From positions 124,310,001 through 124,374,000 of the forward strand of contig NC_042998.1 of NCBI RefSeq assembly GCF_006345805.1: DNA of 64,000 nucleotides, read 5' to 3'. Below the pieces are notes generated by a model, which ran no database searches, was not told the origin of the DNA, and saw only the letters and a list, made by a program, of their open reading frames with translations. The translations under genes and the position numbers were made by a program. Shown one piece after another: positions 48,784 to 63,752 of this stretch (positions are counted from its first letter, which is position 1; each line of letters starts with the position of its first letter). Source of the DNA: Octopus sinensis (taxonomy: Eukaryota).

Positions 48784-51700
48784 TAACATGTATTCCCTTC
48801 AGTAACACGATGTTATTTATCTTTGTATGAGCATTACAATTATTGCGTCATTCTAAACATTTATATTATCCTTACGTGTTTTTATATATACACATATATA
48901 CATACATATGCATATATATATATATATATATATATACGTACACATATAATGAGACTGAAGGGAAGAGGGAAAGTAACAAATGGAAACAGAGAGAAAAGAG
49001 GTGAGCGCAATGTGATGGGAGGAGGTGTCTATGTACATTATAACTTCATTACTAAGCGATTTCTATGAAGTCCTCCGCATATATTATAACGCCTCAAATC
49101 TTTTCTGGGAATCATTGAGATGTGTAATTTCCAGGGGAATCCTATTACCATTAAAGCAAATCGAAACCCACATATTTGATCTTCACATTTTTCGGCCATT
49201 AGTTCTGCATCTAACGAGAATGCTATTGGAATTTATTCATTGAAATTAACATAGAGAAATTTATTCATTATAAAAATATAAAATCCTTCAAGATATGCCC
49301 TTAATTACTTCAAAGCACTTCAAACACATATTGTACATTTAAAAATCCCTTTAGTTTTTAACAGTAAATAGACATTTTTTGTATTATTATTCTAAGTATC
49401 TCAAGCAATGAGATTTTATTATTATTCGCAACAAAAGGGAGAAAAATTATCTTTAGTTTCGCATACTTAAAATCTAGCAGCAATTTGGTACAAAACGGTA
49501 TTTTAGATATTATGTAAAATTTCACTATGTATGGTCTGAATATGGTTATGTCAATGCTGTCGCTTTAATACAGCATTTTATAGGATTTACATGCTTTATA
49601 CTCTGAGGGGAAATAGCGTTGTATGTTTCAAACTTTGAAAATGTTTCTCTTTGAACCTTTTGCTTTCCTACAAATATAATAAAGAGTTACCGGCATATCG
49701 GAAGAGCTTAGTAGTAACCCAACAGAGCTGAAATAGAATTAATAATCAAATTGTAAAGGCAAACTGGATGCAATAAATTTATAAACGTCGATTTGCTTTA
49801 ATATATATCTCAATCTATTATCCGCTATTAATAATATTCAATGGAAAGCAAGTTCATACATCAGACTGCCTATGTTGCAAATGCTGTTAATGAAAGGCAA
49901 ACATACACAAGCATACATGCTTGTTTGTGCATGTTTCTTCTAAATAGTTACCAGCCTCTGCTATTGACATGAGAAACATATATTTGAATAAATATATAAG
50001 ATGTAGTCATATAAATCTCTATGCGTATCATATCTTCAATGTTATCAAAGTTTGTGTCATTTCTCTGAAATGATAATATACCATCTACTGTAAATATAAC
50101 ATATATTAATGTAGAATTGTATATGTACAAATGTATATTCTGAATATGGAATACGATCAGATAATATGTTGTAATCAAGTGGAAGCAAGGCAATCAATTT
50201 TTGTGCATAACTATGTGCCAAATACATATTAACAAACAGATTGTTGCATACAATTTATTAGTCACCGAAAAATAGCGAAGGCGTTAACGTGAAAACTCTC
50301 TTATTGCACATCACAGCTGGAAGGCTTTGCTGAAAATTAGCGACGTACATCATCTCTTTAAAGTTGATGTTTATTAAGTGATGAACGAAATATCTTGAAA
50401 AAGAAATTAACTATCTATTGTATAAATGCGATTGCGAATTGGTAGGTCTTGCCGATGAAAGCATCTAGCAAGTGGATGGTATAATTAATTTTAATTTAGT
50501 ACGAATGAAAGGGCTTCACTATGACGATATCAAATCACTATAATTCTTCTTGCGATATTTCAATTTAAATTAACGAATCGTATTATATGACAGCTTTATT
50601 AACTTTGATGATATGAATGTATTAAATGGTATATTACCAAGTTGCCATTTGATTACAGTTTATTTGATTCTTCGTGAAAATTAGACGATAAAATTATTGT
50701 TTTATCTAATATATGAAAATGGTGCACCCAATGAAGATCATTCTGTTACACGTTGACATAAAAGAGTTATTATGATTTGGAAATATTAATAATACCCCAT
50801 ATGATCAGAATCTAATTGAGGTTTTCCTTCATAACACAGAAGATAATCATAAAAAATCTAGGTCATCGCAGAAAGTTTCTCCTCAACAAACTTCCTAGAG
50901 TTTTTGTATCATTATCCAGAGAGTAATATCCTAAACTGGAAAAGAAAATGATAATTAACACCATGCATGGTACCTAATATATATCTATTCAAACAAACTT
51001 AAGACCAAAATTATACATAAAGATATATTAATCATCTAAATTATCATCTCATCTACAGTATTTAGTCACTGCTCGGAAGCTGCAAAGTCGTGCAAAACCT
51101 AATTCACTAACACAAGTTCTACCTCATGTTGTATTGTAATAGTTTCGTTGTCAAACTGGCAATATTTAGTTACATACTGTAGACACAATATGGAATTTTT
51201 CGCTTAAGCCTAAATTTCCTAAACATACTGTAAAGACGATGCCTTGAAACGATATACTAACCACTGCTTCTAGCATTACTGAGTTGATTATTGGATTAAT
51301 ATTCAGGAGTTGGTGGTTTTCTTGCAAATTAACGGTAATCAGCATCAACATGTTTCTGCTCAACTTATACTGCCAACATTACTTCTTTTCGATGAAACTT
51401 TAACCCATTTGTGATTCCGATAAATTCCGATGCAACCTAATGCTCGTTTCTATAAAAAATAAAGATTTTAGTCTTTGAAATATTATAGCCTATACAGTAA
51501 AGCATGTATCTAATTCCTATTAAAACAGAACATCTAAATATTAGTCGGAATGTTATGAAGATATTTAAGAAGATGAAAACCTTTTTAAATTCGTTGGCTC
51601 AAGTTTTGCACTGAAACAAAAGCTATAGTTATTAAATCCCACCACTTTATATGACTTATAGTTACATTTCAAACCCAGAACAACACAAGAACTGCCGATT

Positions 51701-52345
51701 TGTTCAGGTGGTTGTGTACCATTGCACATATTTCACCAGCGGTCCTCATAGTCAATTTTAAAGACTTCAGCACAGTTTATTTCTGAAAAAATTGTCATTC
51801 ACAATCTGCCAATCGAAATGGTAACAACAGATATGGCTGCACCGATATGATAGTTTATTAATTTGAAAAGAATACGATTACTGTTATGCTTCACATCATA
51901 TCAAATACATTAGGGGAAAATGCCATCTTCTTTTCATCTACAAGACCAGAGAGTACAAACAAAATAAACATAGACCGACTGGCCAGATGGGAATATTCGC
52001 ATGGCTTATATGTGTCAAGTACATCATTTCTTCGTGTAAAGTTATTATTTTCCTTCCATAAGAATTGGCTTCATAAAGTGGAACTGGATCAAGATAATGT
52101 ATCTTCGCTGCATTTGCACTGGTTTAATGTGATATCATTTAATGTGATAGCTTTTATTCATTCTTAAAGATGACCAAGAATATAACGGAGAATAGAACAA
52201 GACACACTATGGAAAAATAATTCATTAATGGGGATGGTATGTGCGTGTATGTGTGTTTGTGTCTGTTTCTCTGTGTGTGCCTGTGTTCCTGTGTATTTGT
52301 GAGTTTATACTTCATGATTTTTGTGTGTATAGGGTTCGTGCATGC

Positions 52346-52425
<80 letters not shown>

Positions 52426-52734
52426 AGTGTGTATTAAAATAGTGTACATTTAAACACAAAAGAAAACTACCCTTTAACAGGTAATTTTTACATGCTACAA
52501 ATAGCAGCCAACACGGCCAAAACTACGATTTAATAGCAATTTCACAAGGAATTGAAAAATAAAAACTTTTACCTTGTTATTTTTATTAGAGGTTATACCA
52601 TGGTTTCGAATTTCTTTAGCAAATAATATTATTTGCCATCCTTTAATAGGTAATTTAGCAAATTACTGATGAGAATTCGCCTGGCGATAATATTGTTTTG
52701 CTAAATTACCAATAATTTACCTCAACAAGGCAAA

Positions 52735-52958
52735 GACTCCGGTGCAACTGAAGGAGGACATATAGAAACCGATAATGGCTGCCTTTTAAGCGATGTCGTT
52801 TTGCACATGCGATGTAGTAGTGTTGCAGAATTGGACTGATATATATTAATGTTCATTATGTCCTTCATATTGTATCAAACTTTTTTGCATTTATTTGTAC
52901 AATTAAGGAAATTTTTACAAATTGAAACACATCAGTGACTTTTGGGAAACGCTGTATA
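52735..52958 (+). mobile_element. 3' end of a Tc1/mariner-superfamily element
   Basis: ATEGGHIE terminus, then an AT-rich UTR and TIR-like GTGACTTTTGGGAAACGCTG followed by TA. Confidence 0.55.
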
Positions 52959-52960
52959 TA

Positions 52961-54242
52961 CGAGGGGCTTTCAATAAGTAATGCCTCTGACCCACTTCCC
53001 ATAGCAGTAGAGCAACGAAACTTGGCAGAGTTGTTAGTCATTTTCTACATAGGAACCACCCAGAGTTACGCATTTCTCCCATCGTTTGATGCAGCTCTGG
53101 AGACCGTTTTTATAGAAGACCCCAGCTTGGTCCTCCAACCACGACGTGACTTCAGAAATCAAGGTTGCATCATCTGGGAAACACTTTCCTTTCAAAATCA
53201 ACTTCATGGCTGGGAAGAGGTGAAAATCAGAGGGTGCACGGTCAGGAGAGTAGGGGAGATGGAGGATGAGTTTATAGCCGCACGCCTGTGCTTCTGATCT
53301 GGCGACAAGCGAGTTGTGGACCGGAGCGTTGTCCTGCAGGAGGAGGATGCCTTTGCTGATCTTGCCCCGCCTCTTGATTTTGATAGCTTCTCTTAATTTC
53401 CTCAAAAGTGAAGCATAATAGGCTCCTGTAATTGTGGTACCCTTTGCCAGGAAATCTGTCATCGCTACTCCGTCCTCGTCCCAGAAGACTGTGAGCATGA
53501 CCTTGCTAGCGGAGGGCTGCACCCTTACCTTCTTTGGAGGAGGTGAGTCACGGTGCTTCCACTGCATTGACTGGGCTTTGGTCTCTGGATCATAGTGATG
53601 GATCCAGGTTTCATCCTGTGAAATCAGTCTTTTGAAAACAATTTGACTCATCTTCTTGGCACACCTCCAAATTCATCCTCGAGCACTCGACGCATCCTTG
53701 CTGCTGGGAAGGTGTGAGCAACCTGGGAATCCATCTGGCAGACACCTTTTGCATATGCAAATGGTCATAAATGATAGTTTCCACAGACCCGGTACTACTC
53801 TTGACCTCATGGGCTATTTGCCGAATAGTTTTGCGTCGATTTTCCAAAATGGCAACCTCAACTTGACGGACAGATGCCTCATCAATGGCAGAAGGTGGGG
53901 TGACCAGATCTGGGAGCTGTTTCCACAGAGTTCCGACCATGTTTGAAATCACTATGTCAGCGTTTTACAAGGTCATATGATGGGGCATCATCACCATAAG
54001 TTACTTTCATTTCATCAAAAGTCTCCCGTGGTGTGCGTCCTTTCAAATACAAAAACCGGATCACTGCTCGACACTCAACAAGCTTCATTTCACACTTAAC
54101 TCAGTTCAAACACCTGTAAATCAGAAACCACAATTAGTTCAGAGCTGTAATTTGCTACTTAATCTATAGAGATACAAATAATTGCACATGCAAAATTTCA
54201 GCTAGATCAGGGTCAGGGGCATTACTTATTGAACGTCCCTCG
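52961..54242 (-). mobile_element. Full-length mariner (DD34D), 1282 bp, with TA on both sides
   Basis: 33-bp TIRs with 3 mismatches (CGAGGGGCTTTCAATAAGTAATGCCTCTGACCC / CGAGGGACGTTCAATAAGTAATGCCCCTGACCC). TA at 52959-52960 and 54243-54244. Confidence 0.96.
53034..54088 (-). pseudogene. mariner transposase with one stop and frameshifts
   Basis: ATG at 54088 (MKLVECRAVIRFL), then WIPRLLT, SQDETW, LLQDNAPVH and YSPDRAPSDFHLF, with 34 residues between D2 and D3. Confidence 0.93.
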
Positions 54243-54289
54243 TATCTATAAAATTCCCGAGAGCCATAGATGAGTCTTTCCTTAGGGCA

Positions 54290-54549
<260 letters not shown>

Positions 54550-55356
54550 AGAGATATACTTATATACGCGTGCGTTCATGTGACATTCTACATTTGTTTG
54601 AGTTAGTGTGTATATGTTTCATACATTTTTCTCCTGTAGTAGTGGGCATTTGTATATAAAAAGGATGGGTTTCGACTTATTTAACCATCTAAAAACAACT
54701 AAAAGCAAAAAATCACTATTTATGCATTCTTCGTTTTACAAATGTTGTTTACTTGAAGTCTATATTCATGTTTTTTAGAGCGCGTTTGTTTCTTCGTGTA
54801 GTTTGCAAATTGTAACATAATTTCCATACAGCTTTCTATATTTCCTTGTTTTTCTCTTTAAATATTCTAAAATGCTAAGAGAACTTGAAACCAAATCAAA
54901 TTATCTATCTTTTCCACCAAATTATCTTCGTAATAAACACACAAAGCCGCTAATTGAGTTTCTACAGTAATTCCAATTAACTATCTTACGCATTCTATCT
55001 TTAAAAAATTGTTTACCGTTTGATATTTTCAACCAAATATTTCTTTGATATTGATTCTAAGTGAAGGCATTATACATTTTTACCTAAACAATAATAAGCA
55101 AATGCCAATTAGTAATTTATACTAAATAAAAATTGAATATTGGTGTATGATATAGTCTATCGTTTATATAATAGTTCTAATTTATATAAATCGTCCAATA
55201 AATTAGACCTGATAAAATTAACTATTTGAAATCATAAATAACTTCTATTCCATTGCTTTTAAATTTCATGTTGAAACCTTTAAATACATACGCACGCACC
55301 CGCTCACATACGACACGCATACACACATACACATGCAGAACAAATCACCCGGTACA

Positions 55357-55515
55357 CTTTGCAAAGTGGTTAGCGTTATGAAGGGCATCCAACTGTAGAA
55401 ACCAAGCCAAAACAAATTATGGAATCTGGTGCGGCCCCTGCTCTGCCAGTTCCTAATAAACCGTCCAATCTATGCTAGCATGGAAAGCGGAAGTTAAGTG
55501 ATGATGATGATGATG
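55357..55515 (+). mobile_element. Retroposon 3' tail ending in (GAT)n
   Basis: AAGGGCATCCAACTGTAGAAAC..AACCGTCCAATCTATGCTAGCATGGAAAGCGG followed by GAT repeats. Confidence 0.6.
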
Positions 55516-57039
55516 AGGAGGACGAGGAGGAGGAGGATCCATTAATGAAATTAGTTTCAATGTACTTCACAATATTATGATGTTTATTCTATAAAATACT
55601 TGTATATCAAGATCAATAATTAAATTCTGTATTTGGCTAAGCACAGACACTCAAATTTCTATGGAAGAGAATAAGGAACAGAACCTAGCTAAAGTACTTA
55701 TATATCACCTCAGATATTTTTTAAAATGTTGACCCAATCGGTCATTAAACTGTCTTGCTTTTATAAGCCTTAAATGAAGCTTCAGCCACATTAAATCTAA
55801 ACGTATACTCCTGGAGCGTTCTATCATCAACCCGATTTTGACTTGCCTTTTACGTAAATTTTCTCACCTTGTTATCAACCTTCGAAAAGTTTTCGGCGTT
55901 ACGATACCATATTTCTTTATCTACAATACTCTAGTGTGTGTGAAGAAAAATAGTCAACGCTCTGGAAAAATCATAAAAATTATATTTTATTCATTGTAGT
56001 TTATAATACTGCACTGCACGGTAATGCAGAAGAAGACTACAAAAGCCAGAGTATTTGAATAAATGAGTGAGAATAAACCCGAGGGTTAAAACTCCAACTT
56101 CAAATGAATAGGAGCAGAAGGTAGTGTTGTGAAAAATCCATTCAACTATTTATATTATTGAGGCTCCGAATTTGAAGTATTTATTACATCGTTTGATGTT
56201 CTGATCCAATAATGACACCAACTTGCAATTATATTATCACAGCATATTTAATTGTTTTCTCTGTGAGAATGATAACGTTGCCAGTCTCTGAAAGCATTAT
56301 GATGTTGGGGCAATTTTTTTCCAGTAGAAGATAAATTGGATAACCTCAGATTCATAGGACAAGTAATTTTCGTACCTATTTTTCTCTTTAGATATATGCA
56401 TTTATCTCTACATGTATTAATGTGATACTTCACCTTATAGATTGGAATTTAAACACATTACTGGAATTTTACAATGCAGGTGGATTACGTAAGCTTATAT
56501 ACCTCACTTCGAATAATCATTAATACTTTTATACTTTCAGAAAAATATGACCGGCGACAGGTTAGTCTATTATGCAGTTAATAGCATATTCGCCGGTTGC
56601 GGCGAATGCATTCACCCGTTGTTTAAACATAGTAATTAACTCACTATTTAAACACAAATTGAAAGTAGATGCAAATTTTTATGGCGTCTCTGGAGATCTT
56701 TTGTTTTATTGTTTATCCTTTACAAAATATAGCGGCTCAGACAAAGTTTCAAAAAATTGTAGCTTTAACAATGGTTGTTGTAAAAAATAGCGAGGTGGTA
56801 AAACAGTTAAGAAGTGATTAAGTCCTAAGATGAAAAGACATGGTGGACATTTCGAATCGTTATGCATGTAAAATATTATCACTACATACACCAACCAATT
56901 TGTAAACTTTCATGAAAAAAACCTAAAAAAAACTATTTTACGCAAACACAGACACACATGCACACAAACACGCACAAGCACACAAGCACACACACATAGA
57001 AACACATATATATGTGTGTTTGTGTGCATGTGTGTGTGT

Positions 57040-57195
57040 GCACGAGAGGCTTCTTTCAGTTTCCACCTACCAAATCCACTTACAACGCATTTGTCGGCCC
57101 GAAGCTGTAGTAGAAGACACTTGCCCAAGCCCCTGGCAGAGGGACTAAAACCGTAAGGATATTGGGGAACAAACATTTAACCACACCTACGCCTG
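57040..57195 (-). mobile_element. Family-1 SINE head and body, degenerate
   Basis: GCTTCTTTCAGTTTCCACCTACCAAATCCAC..GAAGACACTTGCCCAAG. Confidence 0.8.
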
Positions 57196-59759
57196 TGTGT
57201 CTATTTGTGTGTGTGTGGTGTTAGTGTGCGCATGCGTGCACGCGTAGTATTTAAGTTCATGCGTTTGAGTATGTCTTACAGAAGACAATCGTCTTTAAAG
57301 CGGAAGTTTTTCTCTTCAGACATATATGTTTAATGCACCTTTGTAAATAAGAAATTTCATACCCGAACATGAGAATAAAATGGTATTTTGATATTTATTC
57401 ATTCTCAAGGAAGGCGACTCTTCTTGTAAATTATCTCTCCTTGCAGCTTTCAGAACAGAAAATAAACTTATTTAGACATTTTGTGAGGTTAAATTATTTA
57501 TTTACTTGAATTCACTGTATTATTAGAATCTATGAGATCTCTGAAATGTCAAATTGTTATTATTTGAAGAGAAACCGCCGAATTAATAGGTATATAGCAA
57601 ATACGATATCGAGCGTCGTTTATACTCCAAATAAATGTTGTGAAACTAAGATTTATTCCTATATAGTTGAAAGCCGTTTGTACATCTGAAAGTTTCTATT
57701 GAATTTAATACTACTGCTTATTTTCAGAAACATCAAATCCTATTAGATATTCATTGTGTAAAGCGCATGCATAATTCATCTGCTATAGAGTGGGCCATAC
57801 AAAATTGCACCCAAAAGAAAGCTTATTGTTTCGTCTTAGAAATGCCGAACCTAACTAAAGAATCGAAGATATTATATTGTCTGTATTCCTCATAAAAGGC
57901 ATTCAAAAACCACTGTGGTTTACATTTTGAAAGTTAATAGAAGTTTGTGAACACCATAAAATACGAAAGTACCAAAGCAGTTGTCAAAGATCTGCGGCGA
58001 CTAATATATATTTTGCAGAAATTAGATAACGCTTTTCTGCGATGTGTCCTTGAGAAAGAAGTTCAGCATTGTGAACTATGTTGCATAAATACATGTTACG
58101 ACACAGTTGATCGAATAGAATATGTTCTAGCCTAAATTTGAAACAGCAGGACAAAAATTTCTCATCCGTCCTAGTATACAACTAAGATCGTACAAAGACG
58201 GGATCAGAAATTCCATTTTCTATTCATTGTACGTTCCAAAATCAGTTCCGTACCAACAGATATCACAAATGTTAGCAGGTGCTTTGCATTTCATAATATT
58301 TGGCATTTATGAGATACCTTGTTATAAGATACGATGAGTGAGTAATTGGCTGTCAAGCACATTGTCTACTCATACTCAAATAGGATAACTTTTTGAGACC
58401 ATATAACAATATCTACCCAAAATATATGAGTCTGTATCAATATCAGTCTAGTTTATCTGACATAAAATGATGAAAACAATGTTAATGGACATGCCGACTG
58501 CATTAAATGAATATTACTTTCATGGTTCATAGAGTAAATCTTTAGGCACTTCTAGGATAGGATCTCTTTAAAACTTTAAATTCAAAATGTTTCTGTCCAT
58601 TCTGCACCCAAATTATTTAGTTTTAGTATCAATAATTTCCATGTAGAAATCAACACCACTCTTCTCTCCGAGAACAATAACGCTATTGCTTATTTCCACG
58701 AAAATAAAGTACAATAGCATGATCCTAGAGCACAGAAAACTGGAAACATTACTTTGTGTTTCATGGATCTCGAGCAATGTAAAACTAGATATATCATGAA
58801 GTTAGTGGAAAACTTCGCATCATCTGACCTAATCCAAGACAAGATATTGAAACACTCCTTGCCAAAGAAACGCCCAACTACTATTTAGAACTGCAAATTT
58901 GGTTGCACTTCAGCGGCGCTACAGTTGAGTGGAAGATTTTTTAGTATTTAATTGATACAGTGAAGCTATGTTAACTGTATGCATATAGATAATACGGCGT
59001 ATTATGTAATAGCATATAGCAATCGCTATTTGTATATCTTAGCTATATGCATAGATATAAATTTAATGATTTTTGGTTTTCAGTTTATTAATATTTTCAT
59101 GAATTCTCAAGCAGATGAAAGAAACGGTTGCATTTGTGTAACATATGGTCCACAATGATTTCTCTTTTATTTATCACGTTATATTTGAAAAGAAAATTGA
59201 CTTTGCCTGAACAGTGATCTAAAGTAAAATTGCACCGGTTCTCAACTGGAAACCAGATAATTCCAACAGAGAATTGTGCCCTTTATCGCACACTAAATGG
59301 TAATGTAATAAGAGAAAATTTCCTTATAAGTATACATCATATTTACTGGATTTTGAAATCTACATGTTCAGCTCAACAATTTCTACTGATTAGAGAACCA
59401 CATCGCTAATTATTGGCTACACAGCAAATGCATATTATATAATTGCTCACAGATATCAGATAGTTAATAGATAGTTATATGCCACGTTCATATAAATGGA
59501 ATTAGGTGGTTACCGTATAATTTAATGGGCATCCTGTCATTTGAGGAAAATAAAAGATTAAAGTTCATACGCTGTCACCAATCCACGACGTATCCACGCC
59601 TGCAAAAGTAGCGTCACTCCCTAATTCGACATCACTGAGTTACGTAGAAAACTTTCATGCTACAAATTCCACAAGCAATTCTGTGAATTGTTAACTGCTG
59701 TAAATTGTTAAATACATATTCGCTTAGGATATTGAATTCGTATGCTTCTCTTTCTCTGT

Positions 59760-59990
59760 AGAAACCAACAATATGCATCTCTATCGAGCTAAACATCAGT
59801 GTAACGAAAGTTTTGTTGCTACATGAGGATGCACGCTCACACAGGGCTCCCCAGACCGATGAAACCATTAACCAATTGTGCTAAATTGAGGAATTTCAGC
59901 ACCTGACACATTTTCCGACCAGAAAAATCAGATCACCGCTCTTTGTTCTTTTTTGGTGCACATTGCTATTGGAGTGGCCAAGCTTAAACT
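59760..59990 (+). mobile_element. Highly decayed mariner catalytic-domain relic
   Basis: VLLLHEDARSHRAPQTDETINQL resembles LLLHDNARPH.A..T.ETI..L. Confidence 0.5.
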
Positions 59991-60079
59991 GAAAAGCCAG
60001 AAAGAAAACTTGCGTGATCAGGCTCAAAATTCGATAACGTGACCGCAATAGTACAACCCATAAGCACACTCCCTATATA

Positions 60080-60856
60080 CAGGGTGCCGTCTAAATTATG
60101 CAAAAAGGAAAATAACACTGGCATCTTATTTTAACGGATTTATTTACTAAAATTACATAGAAATATCTTGAAACACTAAAAGAGTAACTTTATTTAATAA
60201 AATCGCCATTGGCATCAACCACGGCATCCAGACGACTTCTGAATAACCTGCAACTCTCCTGGACGGTCTCATTGTTTCAGTTGGTGAGTGTTGCCTTAAT
60301 CCTTGCCTTCAGTTCATCTTTGGTGTTACAAGGAGTTTTGTAGGGGCTCTCGCTCAACTGCGTCCCACACATAATAATCAAGGGAGTTGTAGTCTAGAAA
60401 GTTAGGTGGTCATATGTTAGGGGTGATGTGGTCGCAGAAATTGTCTCACAGTCATGATTGAGTTCTCCTGCTTATGTGGTATGGTGCAGAGTTCTGTTGC
60501 CAGACATAGATACTTCCAACAGCCACACTCTTAACCCAGGTCAACACTGCCTCCTCCAAGCACTTGATGTAGGTCTCTACGTTGAGTCTGACACGGTGTG
60601 GAAGATGAATGGAAGCATAACGTCACCATCACTAGTGATCACTCCAAATAACATGATGTTGACTGGATGTTTGATTTTTATCACTGTCGGTACATGTTTT
60701 GGGGACACGGAAAGTTAACGGTAGTTGTGTGTGTTCAATATCTGATCCTGGCAGAAATGTTTCTTCATCTGAGAAAAACCAAAGCATGTTCGGTTGGAGA
60801 AGATGCTTGAGCCTGTTCAAAACCTTCGTAGCTTGGTCTTTCCTCTTGTCATCGCA
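60080..60856 (-). mobile_element. maT-like (DD37D-type) Tc1/mariner element, 3' half with TIR
   Basis: WFFSDE, IMLFGVITSDGDVMLPFIF, DYYVW and DELKARIK..RLDAVVDANGDF. TIR begins CAGGGTG after TATA. The DD37D call is by family resemblance because the region is frameshifted. Confidence 0.8.
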
Positions 60857-61012
60857 CCTTGTATGTATATATACACATGTGTGTGTATATGTGAGTGTAT
60901 ATGTGTGAGTGTGTGTACGTATGTACATGTAAATGCGTGTAAGCACGCACATGTTCAAGGCGAATGAATGCATTTACAATTTAAATTAATCTTTTAATAT
61001 GATGAACAACAT

Positions 61013-61155
61013 AAGGCGACGTGCTGGCAGAATCTTTAACATGCCAGGCAAAATGCATTACAACATTTCGTCTGTCTTCACGTTTTGAATTCAAATACCA
61101 CCAAGAAAAAACTTTCGTTCTTTCGGAGTCGATAAAATAAATACCAGTTGAGTAC
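61013..61155 (+). mobile_element. Family-2 SINE, degenerate; other remnants near 27040-27200, 41130-41220 and 42990-43120
   Basis: AAGGCGACGTGCTGGCAGAA..TTCAAATACC..TTTCGGAGTCGATAAAATAAATACCAGTTGAGTAC. Confidence 0.75.
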
Positions 61156-63309
61156 TTTTTATATTTTGTTGCTGTAATTAATGCTGAATATGTTTACCCA
61201 TATTGTCCATATTGTCTTCTCACTGATACAATAAAGTTATTAGATCCTAAGAAATGAGGAGTGAAATGTTGGTACGTAAATCTGTCGTTTAAGATACTGG
61301 TGTCATTAAAATCATTATTTCAATGTCAGCTGACAAGATGGAGTTATAGCAAATTATGAGCTGCATTTTACTCTTTGTTGCTCATCAGTTTGATTTTGTA
61401 TTTTTCCTTATATCAAAGGAGTTCTTCTTATTAAGTTTGAAATATCTGCTGTTTTAAAAACATCTGTTGTAATGAAATGTGGTGATAAATAATTCCAACA
61501 GAATTTCAACTCTAGGTAATTCTGTTTTATCACATCGTTTAACGCATTAACATTTGTTCCTCCAATTTAAATTTTTTTAAAATATTAACCGACCACTCTG
61601 CAATTGCAATAACATCACCGCGTTATTTTTGGTTATAATTTTATTTTCTATGAAGGCAACTCTATAAAGAGCTGATTTACTAAGTACAACATTCATATCT
61701 TTTCAGTTTCTTTTATGGCATAAGTTATGTGGATCATCTTCAGTGGCGATATTGAAATTGAATTGATTGCTCCCATCATATAGAAAGTATATCTTGCTAA
61801 ATGTCACTAACCAACATTCCGCCCATGATATTCTAGTAATTACTTTCTTTCGGTTATAAAGATACATAATTTAGAGAATACATGTTATAATGCCGCTAGG
61901 CCAAATGCTCGTTCAAACAGCATTGCTAAATTGATATATTAATATATGTTCTTTACAGTTAGATATTCAGTTGAGAAGACTGGGCTATGTCTCTATAATT
62001 ATGCTTCCTACTGTGAACAGACAATTGAAGTAGCAAACTCTACGCCTATTCTAAATTACTAATAACATTTCAAATAAAATTTAATAACGTCAACATGTGA
62101 TTTTATTCATTATTGAAAAGGTGTAACCTGTAGCATATAAACGGTTTCTAAATAAAGATTTTATTATTGAACAGAGTTTCGTGCTGAAGCACGTTTGGAA
62201 TTGTGGAAAAATTGGAAGATTGAAATTACTATTATGATATGTTATTAAGCTATTCAGATGTATGTATACAATGATAAAAGTCCGAGCGTTCGTCATTTTA
62301 TTAAGTATGTAATATATTCTCCGTTGAACGTGTACAAAAACACAGTTACTTTAATATTTTTCCCAACTTGTATTCCCAATTTGTTATCTTGCTATCCTAC
62401 TCAATATATTGAATTCTGATTAAATCCACGTGGACATAAAAGGAGTTGAATTGAAACATAGTAAAGTCTTGAAAAATATATAAATTCAGCTTTATGTGAA
62501 AGAGTTTTAAAAGAATGAACATTTCAATTCTAAGAAGAAATAACAATGTTAGTGGGCTCTGACAGAAAGTCGAATTATTAGTAGCAGTGTCTAATGGAAC
62601 AACCATTTCTGCAACATTCTAACCGTTAATTTGTTAATATGTTTGCATTGTTGAGGACGTGTTATTCTAAGTTCTTTGTCTTGAATATTAGGGGATATAA
62701 TACAAAATAAAGTTAAGAATAATATACTGAAATAATGAGAGAAATCATCGAAATTGTAATTTGATATTCAGGTGAAATTGTAAAATAAACATTTGTGTAA
62801 TTTTCTTTCGTGCATTTCGATATAAATTATCTAAATTATATCATGAATATCAAGCTATGTTCTATAAATGAAGAAACTGTTTACTCTAGAGGCCCTTGTA
62901 TATTTTACCGCTAGCTATTGAAAATAATACGTGGTGAGCAAGGATACAAAAGCTAAGACAAAAGAATATTGAAGACCTCTTCAATGTCACTTCATCTCAT
63001 TCACATCGGTATATACGTTGCAAAAGTTAAATGGATATATATATATATATCACTTATATTCCTCTAATACAATCGAGTGCTAGCCGTAAATTGATTACAT
63101 ATATCATAGACTTGAAATAACATCCTACTTTGAACTAGATAGCGTACAAAACAGAAATTAGGGTGATAAAAAGGATGGCAGTCGCATTTTACACGCAAAG
63201 AAACGGTACCTTTATGGAATTACATATCTTAACTTTCGTTAACGGCTCTTTTATGAAGAACAGATACATCCCTTAACTGAAGAGTTATGTATACATGCTT
63301 TAGATCTTA

Positions 63310-63507
63310 GGAACGCAGTGTGAGTAACGAACAGTGTCAACGTCTATTGAAAAAGTTTGCAAGACACAACGAAAATTTTAGAAACATAAAAAAGTGTGTT
63401 AAGTTATAAGGCACCAAAGAGAATGATTCTCCCCAGACACAACAGAATATGCTTCAACACACGAACTCACATAAAGAAACTTGCAAACCAAATCCAAAAA
63501 CGAAATG
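63310..63507 (+). repeat. Unclassified ~220-bp dispersed repeat, copy 2
   Basis: Aligns with the reverse complement of 28181-28403. Confidence 0.8.
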
Positions 63508-63542
63508 TATATGTATGTGTGTGTGTATGTAAGTATGTATTT

Positions 63543-63701
63543 AGGCGCAGGAGTGGGTGTGTGGTAAGAAGTTTGCTTTCGAACCACATGGTTCCGGGCT
63601 CCGTCCCACTGCGTGTCCCTCTGAGCTAGTGTCCCCTACTATAGCTTCGGGCCGACCAAAGCCGTCTGTGTGGATTTGGTAGACAGAAACTGAAAGCCCG
63701 T

Positions 63702-63752
<51 letters not shown>

